DNA of 64,000 nt from a virus (Duplodnaviria > Caudoviricetes): IMG/VR virus record IMGVR_UViG_3300025078_000002, positions 1 through 64,000 of that record, one strand, 5' to 3'. The position numbers and the translations under genes were made by a program. The notes beneath the pieces are model-generated. The model searched no databases, was not told the origin of the DNA, and worked only from the letters and a program-made list of their open reading frames with translations. Positions 26,952 through 36,000 of this stretch are shown piece after piece (the first letter of the stretch is position 1; every line of letters begins with the position of its first letter).

Positions 26952-27704
26952 TTAAGTATGTTCTTTGAACGTGTTTTTACTTTTGTCTAGTTTATATATA
27001 TTTTTAATATCAAGTATACTTGAACTAACGTACTTAACAGCATCTATATCGTTTGACATAATATAATCTATTGCAGTGGTATATTCTTGCATACTAAAGG
27101 ACTTAAGTTCTTCCAAAGCTTGATAAACAATTTCACCTGATTCTGATGCAAATGATTCATAAGATTTGTATCTTGAAAGAACGTGCATTTTACCTCCTTG
27201 CGGAACCAGAGCTGTGTGTGGAGATCCTGATGAAAGTATTGGGTGAGGTCCACCTTTTACAAAGTGTTTTCGAATTACGCTTGATGTAAAACCGTTGCTT
27301 GTTAGTCTATCTATATTGTTTACATACCAGTCAACAAAAAATCCTGCACATATTTCTAAGTCTGGAAGAAAGTCAAGGTTATTTTTATAATCTTTTTCTA
27401 CAATTAATAAATAATCAGCGTTATTATTGCTAAAAGCTTTTTCTAAAATCTTGGGTTTACAAAAAAAGTAGATACCTGATCCTTGTCCAGATGATGCTTG
27501 CTTTGTGCTTAAAGATGTAGCATTGTCTAATTTAAGACCGCTGTTAAACTTTTCAGGAGGATAATGTGTAATATGATATAATGTTTTGCCTTCTGTATGT
27601 AGCTTGGCAATGTCACTAAGTGTTAGTTCTTCTTTTCTTTGTTCTAAGAGTATTTTCCACTCATACAACATATTTTTAAATTCTTTTTTAGAAAGTTTAT
27701 TCAT
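26952..27704 (-). CDS. Leader-bearing protein with ADP-ribosyltransferase-like motifs
   Basis: LYEWKILLEQ leader; TLYHIT ... GQGSGIYFF. Confidence 0.55.
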   Translation of the reverse strand: MNKLSKKEFKNMLYEWKILLEQRKEELTLSDIAKLHTEGKTLYHITHYPPEKFNSGLKLDNATSLSTKQASSGQGSGIYFFCKPKILEKAFSNNNADYLLIVEKDYKNNLDFLPDLEICAGFFVDWYVNNIDRLTSNGFTSSVIRKHFVKGGPHPILSSGSPHTALVPQGGKMHVLSRYKSYESFASESGEIVYQALEELKSFSMQEYTTAIDYIMSNDIDAVKYVSSSILDIKNIYKLDKSKNTFKEHT

Positions 27705-27718
27705 TTATTACTCTTTTG

Positions 27719-27746
27719 TGTAAATTTATTTTAAATATTATATAAT
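27719..27746 (+). promoter_or_regulatory. Putative promoter TGTAAA-N16-TATAAT
   Basis: TGTAAA 27719-27724 and TATAAT 27741-27746, upstream of the kinase-TS fusion. Confidence 0.7.
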
Positions 27747-27768
27747 AATATAAAAAGAAAGTGCAATT

Positions 27769-28659
27769 ATGAGATTTTTTAATATAAACATTGAAGGTCC
27801 TGACTGTAGTGGTAAAACTACGTTATACAATAGACTCCATAAAGAAACAAGCTTTAAGTATAACATACAAGACAGAAGTTGTATGTCTATGTTTGTTTAC
27901 GCAAAGATGTATGGAAGAGAAGACACTTCACTTTGGTTTGACAAAGTTTTAGATGATCTAAAACGATTGGATACACTTTATATTGTGTTACTCCCGTCTG
28001 AAAGTGTTGTGCTTGATAGATTGCGCGTTAGAGGGGATGATTTTCAAGATGAAATAAGTGTTTTAGATGTAAGAAATCATTTTAGAAATATATCAAAAAT
28101 GGGTTTTGGTTCTTTTCCAAATGTGTTAGTATTAGAAGGAGACGACTTAGAGAAGAACGTTGAAGTTGCATTGTCATTTATTGACGCATTGAATGATATG
28201 CCCGGGCAGGAATTGATAAAGTCTTTAGTATTTAATAGTGGCAGAAATGAGTTGATTGATGTTGAGTGTAAAGAAGTAGTTGATAGAAGTAGTCTAGACT
28301 TGACAGTTTTAGATTTTCCTGAAGAAAAAGAATATTTTGAAAAAATTGAGTTTGAGTTTTTTAATAAAATATTTAGAGAGTTTGTGGGTTTAAACGAGCA
28401 TAATAAATCACAAAAGCATGATAGTAGAAGATTTATATACACTAGTGATAGTTGTATATCGATGATACATTTTTTGTGGCGTCAAAATAAATTAAATGTG
28501 TCGGCGTCTCTAAGGTCTTCAAATGTATCGAAAACTTTGTGGGCTGATTATGAATTTCTTAAGATACTTAGTGTAAGAGCAGCCAAAGAGATGTCTTTAC
28601 CTGAAGACATTGAGATAAATTTAACAGTCAATATTAGGTCTGCACATATTGTCCCTTAG
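27769..28659 (+). CDS. dNMP (thymidylate-kinase-like) kinase fused to a thymidylate-synthase-fold, dCMP-hydroxymethylase-like domain
   Basis: IEGPDCSGKTT and IQDRS (kinase). SRRFIY, SCISMIHFL, LRSSNVSKTLWADY and IRSAHI (ThyA/gp42 fold). Confidence 0.75.
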   Translation: MRFFNINIEGPDCSGKTTLYNRLHKETSFKYNIQDRSCMSMFVYAKMYGREDTSLWFDKVLDDLKRLDTLYIVLLPSESVVLDRLRVRGDDFQDEISVLDVRNHFRNISKMGFGSFPNVLVLEGDDLEKNVEVALSFIDALNDMPGQELIKSLVFNSGRNELIDVECKEVVDRSSLDLTVLDFPEEKEYFEKIEFEFFNKIFREFVGLNEHNKSQKHDSRRFIYTSDSCISMIHFLWRQNKLNVSASLRSSNVSKTLWADYEFLKILSVRAAKEMSLPEDIEINLTVNIRSAHIVP

Positions 28660-28668
28660 GAGAAGAAA

Positions 28669-29232
28669 GTGAATCCCAGTTTTATAGTGTATACAGGTCC
28701 TATGTTTGGTTCGAAGACTACGAGATTGATGGGTGAAATTGATCGTGCTACATATCGAGGTAGAAAAGTTATAGCGTTTAAAGCTAAAAAAGATAAGCGA
28801 TATAGTGTTGACAAGATAAGCACACATAGTGGAGGAAGATTTCCTGCTTTTTGTATTGAGAATGCTGAGGAGATTTTTAATTATTTAGATGAGCAAGATT
28901 GTAATTCTAATACTTTGGTCGCTGTTGATGAAGGGTTTATGATTGAGGGGATTGATAATGTGCTTATAAGTCTTTATAGAAAGGGAGTATCAGTTGTGAT
29001 AGCATCGATACAGTTAGATGCGAATGAGATTCCTTTTGAAAGTATAAAGAACATATTACCGTGGGCTACAAAAATTGAAATATGTCCGGCTGTTTGTACA
29101 GATTGTGATCAAGATGCGTATTTTACAGAGGCAATGTTTGATATTCATAATGCAACAGCAGAAGAAAAAGTTGGTTCTCACGGAATGTATGAGCCAAGAT
29201 GTGCAAAACATTATTCTACTTTTAAAGAATAG
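28669..29232 (+). CDS. tdk: Thymidine kinase
   Basis: YTGPMFGSKTT, VAVDEG, CTDC and YEPRC. Confidence 0.92.
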   Translation: MNPSFIVYTGPMFGSKTTRLMGEIDRATYRGRKVIAFKAKKDKRYSVDKISTHSGGRFPAFCIENAEEIFNYLDEQDCNSNTLVAVDEGFMIEGIDNVLISLYRKGVSVVIASIQLDANEIPFESIKNILPWATKIEICPAVCTDCDQDAYFTEAMFDIHNATAEEKVGSHGMYEPRCAKHYSTFKE

Positions 29233-29265
29233 TTATCTTATAATAAACTACAAACGGGTTATATA

Positions 29266-30351
29266 ATGAATCAATTAATAGAAAATTATGTTAAAGTCTT
29301 TTTAAATGAGTCAACGCGAGACGAAAACTTTCAAGAATTAATTAAAATATTGTCATCTCAGAGAGTCAAAGACGGAGACACATCAGAAAAAATAAGTATT
29401 TTTTCAAAGATATACGATGATATGTTACGAGCATCACATTATCGAAACTTTTTTCACGAAGGAAATTTTGATCAAATAAAAGATATAATAAATAGAACTG
29501 CAACAAAACAAAATGTAAAAGACGCAATTAAGCACTTTAGCGCCCAAATGGAGACTTTGCCTGAAAATGAAAGAATTTTAAAAGGTTCATGGTGTCAAAT
29601 AAACTTAAAAAATATTAATACAAATCGTAGTATAACGAGAGGACAGTTAGACGATACTGAGGTTTCTCAAAACAATGCATCACACGTGCTAAGAACTCAT
29701 CAAATGTATTTTACACTACAGCATAAAGACTTGCAGTTTGATAAGTCACTTTCTCCAAAAAAATTAGAAAAAGCATTTGGTGAACATATTAAAAATTTTG
29801 CTGATGCGATGTTAGAGGTAAAAGACTTTGCAGAAATAAATAATGTAATAGAAAGTATACAAATTACTGAGTTTAAGACGATAAATGTATTAAACCATTC
29901 AGTTGATGATTTATTAAAGAATCACAAGAATAGCTTTGTAAAATATTTTACTGATGCTGATAATTTAAAAATTTATCTGTCAGGTGCTGATAGAGGTCAA
30001 ACTGATTTGCAATCTAAAAAACAAAAAATATATGAAAAGGTCATACAAGTATTTGAAAGCAAAGGATTTGTCAATACAGAAAGAGATCGACAAATTTTTG
30101 GTGTTGATTTTGATATTATTAGAGCTGATAAGACGTCAAAAAGAACTTCGTACGGCGCTGTAACTGCTTACGTTTTAATGAATAATCTATTTAAAAGTGA
30201 AAGCGCAAGAAATAAAATTATTAATGGCAGTCAAAAAGAATTTTGGAGTTTAGTTAACAAATCAGAAGACTGGATAAATGATCCAGATAATTCTACAACT
30301 ATTGCAAAATTGATTGTAAATCCTCTTAATAGCATTTATTTTAGAGACTAA
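29266..30351 (+). CDS. Hypothetical protein with LIE...FLNE leader
   Basis: 361 aa ORF; ATAGTTA 30 nt upstream. Confidence 0.7.
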   Translation: MNQLIENYVKVFLNESTRDENFQELIKILSSQRVKDGDTSEKISIFSKIYDDMLRASHYRNFFHEGNFDQIKDIINRTATKQNVKDAIKHFSAQMETLPENERILKGSWCQINLKNINTNRSITRGQLDDTEVSQNNASHVLRTHQMYFTLQHKDLQFDKSLSPKKLEKAFGEHIKNFADAMLEVKDFAEINNVIESIQITEFKTINVLNHSVDDLLKNHKNSFVKYFTDADNLKIYLSGADRGQTDLQSKKQKIYEKVIQVFESKGFVNTERDRQIFGVDFDIIRADKTSKRTSYGAVTAYVLMNNLFKSESARNKIINGSQKEFWSLVNKSEDWINDPDNSTTIAKLIVNPLNSIYFRD

Positions 30352-30387
30352 TAATTGTTTTTGTTTTAAATTTAAAAGAGAAAAAAA

Positions 30388-31275
30388 TTGAAAAAAATAA
30401 ACGTTCCTTTTGTTCCAAGTAATTTAGGAACACGTTTCAAATCATCAGACGTTTGGTTTGTTTATCAAAGCAAAAAGTTTGTTAAGTCAATAAGACCTAA
30501 AAAGTATGAAGATATTTATAATGGAAAAGCATATCAGAAATATGAAAAGTGTTATAGGGAGCATATAAAGTATCATCCTAAAGAAATTTCGTTTGTAAAA
30601 GCAAGTTTATTTAATGCGACTGATATTGTTACACCTGAGCAGATTTTAATGAATCAAGGTTATACGTATTATTTTAAGTTGTTGCCGTCGCAAATTGAAA
30701 AGTGTCTATTTGCGGTTACGATTGATGGTGAGTGTGTATTGGTAAAAGGAGTGCAGGGTTTTGCAGCTGCGTATAAAGTTTGGAGTGAAAGAGAATTTAA
30801 GGAAGAAGACGAAAGTATATTAACAGATAAAGCTGTTGATAATATAGAAGTTATAATTCCTTTTAAGGTTAAGCCTCAATATTATATACCTGAAGTTAAG
30901 AAAAGAATGTTTTATCACGGTAGTAAAGAAAGGTTTAAATCTTTAAACAAGTTTTCTTATGTGACGCCTTACAAAGAAGATGCAATTAAGTTTGCAATAC
31001 CTTGGTCTACTAGTGAGTTGCTTATGGGAGACAATGAAATGTTTAATTTAGGTAGACCGCCGCAAAGGCTTTTGTTTAAAAGGGGAGTAGACATAAATGA
31101 TAGTAAAGTTTATCTATATTCTATAAAGGGTATTGATACAATAAGTTCTGGATCAAATACAGGAAAGATATTTCCTTGGAATAGAATAACTTTGAAAGAA
31201 GCGTCTGAAGAAGGTAAAAGTCTTAAGCTTGAAAAGAAAATAATGTCTTGGAAAAAAGAATTAAACACTTACTAA
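30388..31275 (+). CDS. Hypothetical protein; C-terminal YHGS motif suggests an ART-like domain
   Basis: FYHGSKE...YVTPYKEDAIKFA. Confidence 0.55.
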   Translation: MKKINVPFVPSNLGTRFKSSDVWFVYQSKKFVKSIRPKKYEDIYNGKAYQKYEKCYREHIKYHPKEISFVKASLFNATDIVTPEQILMNQGYTYYFKLLPSQIEKCLFAVTIDGECVLVKGVQGFAAAYKVWSEREFKEEDESILTDKAVDNIEVIIPFKVKPQYYIPEVKKRMFYHGSKERFKSLNKFSYVTPYKEDAIKFAIPWSTSELLMGDNEMFNLGRPPQRLLFKRGVDINDSKVYLYSIKGIDTISSGSNTGKIFPWNRITLKEASEEGKSLKLEKKIMSWKKELNTY

Positions 31276-31839
31276 GATTGGGTTAAATTGTATTTGTCTA
31301 GTAGGATTATATTTGTTGTTTTGATCAATATAATATTTAGCAGCATTTAAGTTTTGTTCATTGTCTTCCCAGAAATTAACTTCTTTAGCATAACTATATG
31401 AATTAAGTAAGCGTTCAATGATTTCTGTTTTATATTGAGATGTACTTCCTGAGAATCTTAATGGTTTATAGTATAGACAGTTTTGGTCAAACTTCAATCC
31501 TTTTAGACGTAGTAACTTATTAGTAACATAAACAATCTCATCAGTATCACTTCTTGCAGTACATAGTACTGTTAATGAGTTTCTATCAATCATTGATTTT
31601 TTTACAGCGTTAATAGTATTCTCAATCCATAAAGAGTCTAAGTTATCATCGTAATAAGCTTGATTTAAAGATTCTTCAGAATTCCACCAGTAACCTGATT
31701 CTGTTGTATTCCAATGATCAGGTGCAGACATTGATTTAAACAACGTCATATCAAAATCAAATATATTGATAACTTTTATAAATTCTTTATTTTCTTTTAA
31801 GATTGTTTTGATATAATTTTCAAGTAGTAAAATAGACAT
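31261..31839 (-). CDS. HAD-superfamily phosphatase with leader
   Basis: IFDFDMTLF (DxDxT), LCTARS and FWEDNEQNL. Start MSILLLENYIKTILKE after GAGG. Confidence 0.75.
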   Translation of the reverse strand: MSILLLENYIKTILKENKEFIKVINIFDFDMTLFKSMSAPDHWNTTESGYWWNSEESLNQAYYDDNLDSLWIENTINAVKKSMIDRNSLTVLCTARSDTDEIVYVTNKLLRLKGLKFDQNCLYYKPLRFSGSTSQYKTEIIERLLNSYSYAKEVNFWEDNEQNLNAAKYYIDQNNKYNPTRQIQFNPILVSV

Positions 31840-31858
31840 ATAGCCTCGGAGTAATTTA

Positions 31859-32278
31859 ATGTTAGATATAAATAGGCCTTCTTGGGACAAAATCTGGATG
31901 AAGATGGCAGAAACAATTGCGCAGCGTAGTCATCACCCTACATTTAAGGTAGGAGCAATCATAGTAACGTCAGATAATACTCAAGTGCTTTCTTTAGGGT
32001 ATAATGGTAATGCCAAGGGAATGTCAAACGTACCTCAATCTGATGTACCTGGTTGTAGTGGTTTGCTGCACGCTGAGATAAATGCTTTATTAAAGTTAGA
32101 TTTCAATAATCCAAAAGACAAAGTTATGTATCTGACGTTAAGTCCTTGTAAAAATTGTGCTATGGCTGTAATTAATAGTGGTGTAAAAGAAGTTGTATAT
32201 AAAGAAGAGTATAGAGATAAGACAGGTATTAATTTATTGAAAGGTTCTGGGATAAAAATTAGAAAGATTAATATATAG
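31859..32278 (+). CDS. dCMP deaminase (ComEB/cytidine deaminase family)
   Basis: KVGAII, GYNG, HAEINAL and LSPCKNCA. Confidence 0.9.
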   Translation: MLDINRPSWDKIWMKMAETIAQRSHHPTFKVGAIIVTSDNTQVLSLGYNGNAKGMSNVPQSDVPGCSGLLHAEINALLKLDFNNPKDKVMYLTLSPCKNCAMAVINSGVKEVVYKEEYRDKTGINLLKGSGIKIRKINI

Positions 32279-32301
32279 TTTATACGAAGTTAGGTTTTAT
32301 T

Positions 32302-32913
32302 GTGGCAACAAAAAGTTTAAAAGAGCATTACGGATATTTGTTTGAGGAAGAAAATAAGAAAAAGACAATATTGTTTACCAACAATTTCAGCATTGCTTCT
32401 GATGAAGATGCTGTTTCTATTATTTTAGCATTTGATGTTTTGAATTCTTTTTTAAACAATGATAATAAAACAATGTTACAGCACGCCTTCCAAGGTGACA
32501 AGGTAAAAGGAAATACTGGTATTAATATAAATACAGGTAGGGAGATTAAGTTTGATAAACTATCAAGCCCGTCTGGATTGAATTTAGATAATCCTGTTAA
32601 GTTTGCTAATAACGAAAAAGATGAAGTCAACAGCACAAACAATATTAAAAATTTTACTATTTTAGCAAATCAAGCAATAGAGTATTTTGAGTCTAAAGGT
32701 TTTACAAGTATTGTACTAGAACAAAACAATAAAAAAAAGATTAAAAGAGCTCAACTCAATTTAGCAGCAAATAGACTTTTTGATGACAAGCTAAAACCTA
32801 TTATTAATCACAAAAATCAAAAAATAAACTTAAACAATCTTGTTAACTACTTTAGGAAAAATATTGACAATTTTTACAAGCCTACTGTTGAAAAAGAACA
32901 AGGCGAAAAATAA
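32302..32913 (+). CDS. Leader-bearing hypothetical protein, paralog of the N-terminus of the 1966 aa protein
   Basis: SLKEHYGYLFEE versus SLKEGFDFLFE; shared segments across about 190 aa. Confidence 0.7.
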   Translation: MATKSLKEHYGYLFEEENKKKTILFTNNFSIASDEDAVSIILAFDVLNSFLNNDNKTMLQHAFQGDKVKGNTGININTGREIKFDKLSSPSGLNLDNPVKFANNEKDEVNSTNNIKNFTILANQAIEYFESKGFTSIVLEQNNKKKIKRAQLNLAANRLFDDKLKPIINHKNQKINLNNLVNYFRKNIDNFYKPTVEKEQGEK

Positions 32914-33015
32914 ATCAAAATCAAATAAGTACCTTTTCATTTTTATTTAAACAAAATTTATAGTAATGTAATAATATATAGAATAAATAGAAAAAAAATA
33001 TCAAGAGGTGTATTA

Positions 33016-36000
33016 ATGGATAGCAGTAAAATATCGCTCAAAGAAGGCTTTGACTTTTTATTCGAAAATGAAGATAAATCAAAGAAATACGAAATTGTAT
33101 GGAAAAAAGATAGCGTTGAGCCAAAGAACATAAAAGATTGCGTAGCTTATATTTTAACAACAGACATAGTAGTTACAGCAATAAAAAACGAAGATGAGCC
33201 CCTTATTTTAAAACTTCTTAGAGATCCTGGTATTTCAAAAGATATTGATTATGCGCAAGGTAAGACTATAAGCTTTTCTATATTGAAAAACAAAGTAAAG
33301 AGTTTTAACGGTTTTAAAACTTTCTACAATATAAACAATGACAACGTAAAAAATATTAGTGTTTTTAATAGTATTGGTCAAGTTTACGTTCAAAGTGTAA
33401 ATAAGCTAGTTGATTCTGGCGCAACTAGAATGATGCTTGAAGCAAAGCAAAATGTTCTTAAAATAGACAAAGCTAGATATTTACAAATGTTTAGGACATT
33501 TAAATCACAAAACTTAATTCCTAAACAAAAAAATCAAGTTAAAATAAACTTTACAAAAATATTTGAATCTATTTCTTCGAGAATTGAAAATGAAGGTCTT
33601 TTAAAGACTTCAAGTAAAGAAGGAAAATACGAAAAAGATGAAAAGTATACAGAGTTAAGTGATCATGAAAAAGTGTATGAAGCTTCTGTATATTTCTTCA
33701 AGAAACTATCTACGGATCAAAAAAGAGGATTTGGTGGCAAGAAGAAAATAGAAGACTTTTTAAATTTGTTGTCTTCTAGAAAAGAAAGCTCTGTTGCTGA
33801 TCTTGTACGACAATTTAAAGACAGTTGGAATTTAACATCAAAAAGTGTTTCCAAGTATATTGAAAAGCAATTTGATGAAATGATCAATAGCATACTGACA
33901 TCAGAATCAAAAGAAGAAGTTAAAGTTAATATTGAAAAAATAGCTGAAGATCTCCCAGAAGATGACATCACTCTTCTTTCTCCTTCTGAATTTGATGAAT
34001 TGCTTGGACAAGATACAGATACACAGCCAGAAGACAAAGAGTACGATATATCTGTATTACTTGATGGTCTAGCAACTTTGGTAAAATCGTTTGAACAAGA
34101 AACTGTTGGGTGTATTAAACTCGCTAAAGTTTGGTTAAGCGCTGTCAAGAAGGAAGATTGGAAAGATAACTTATTACCTACATTGGAAAAAATGGTTACA
34201 AAATCATTGACGTTAAAACTTAGTTATGACTCTATTAAAAATGTTGATAATAAACTTTTGAGGCTTATAGAAGATGAAGGTGGTGAAGAAGAGAAAGGAA
34301 AGATACAAAAGCTAAGTGATAGATTAGAAAGACGCAATACAGAGTTTAAGAGTGCTACAGATGAAATTTTAAAGTCCCTTGAAAGTCTAAAAGATCAAGA
34401 TATAGAAATAGACATTAAATCAAGTCAAATTGATCAAGGTCTTACTACGATTTATAGTCTTGATAATGATGAAGCTGCTGCTTTGAAAGCTCTTGGTGCT
34501 GATATTGAAGATGGAGCTGATAGTAGTGAAGCTAAGGATGATCTTTACAAAACTTTTGTGCCGCAGGGTCTTGATGTTAGACTAGACGGCGACAAACTTT
34601 CTCCAGACGCTGGTCCTGATACTATTAACAGAGAAATCGGTGATACTGTAAATGATAGAGGCGATTCACCAGAAGAAGACGCTTTTGCCGAGAAGCTTGG
34701 CGCTGCTGACGAAGAAGAAATTGATGCTTCAGAAATCTTTCAAATTCAAACGGAACTTGAAGAACCAAGTGACGAAGATAATTTTATGCAAAGTTTTGGC
34801 GTAATAACATCTTTCCTCTATGAAAGATATCCAGGAATGCAAAGTGAAATAGAATCAAGTCTAGTTGGTGAAAAATCAATTACAGATTTAAAGGTTTTAC
34901 TTGTTACATTTAGCGATAGAGTTAACAAAGAAATTGTTTTACAATCTACAGATAGTTTTGATGAAACAGCAGATACAAATTCTATTAAAATACTTAATAA
35001 ATCAATTAAAAACTTATCAGCATTTGGTGAAAAAAATATAGATGGAATAATCTTTGAAAGTGCTGCAGCACAAAAATATAAGATTAAGCTTTCAAAAGAA
35101 GGATTTTTAAAGTCTGTCAAGGTCTTTATAAAAAATGCTAAAATATTTAGATATCAAAAAGACATTTTTGAATTCCCGACATCTTTTATATTGAATTTTC
35201 AGTATGAAAAAATCAATTCATCTACTGGAAACAGCGTTGCGACTGGTTTGAAACAGTTTCTTACAACTACTGGTGATACAACTATAAAAGCACAATCTAC
35301 TGCTGAGAATAAACTTACTTTAAGTTCAGACACATTTCCAGAAAATTTAGTTGTAGTAGACTATGATGATCTCAATACAATAAATTTGACGCTTAATGAT
35401 TCAAACAAAACTTCTATTGATGATACGCAAATTGATGGCTACACATTAGTAAAGTTTTTGGATCAAGTAAAAATGGAGACACCAACTGTTATTCAAGACA
35501 TAAGTGATAAAATGGATACGTTAAAAGCTGCTAGTGTCGATGAACTTTCAAAAGACATAGCTAATAAAGATCTTGATGAAGACACAGCAAAAGAAGCAGT
35601 CAGTCAGATTGTAGAACCCGAACAAGATTTAGATCAAAAGAAAGTAGAATCTGTAAATAGCATACAAGAACTTTTAGATGACAAAGTCATTAAAAAAATG
35701 TCGGATACTTTGTATCGAGATGGTAGCGAGTTAATTAATGTCATTTCTAGCACGTCTGCACTTGATTTTGCAGCTATGAAATCAGGCGACGAGCAAGCAA
35801 CAATAAACTTCAAATCTTCGCTTGCAGTCCAGCTTAATCCTAATATTAATCTTTTAAAACCAATGATTAACGATATTTTTAAAGGCGAGTTAACACCTGT
35901 TTTTGATTCCTTATTCCTAGGAAGAGAAAAGTTTAATGAAGAAAAGTTTAAAGCTGCTTATAGTCAATTAATATTATCTTCTTTTGATAAGTTAGTAGAC

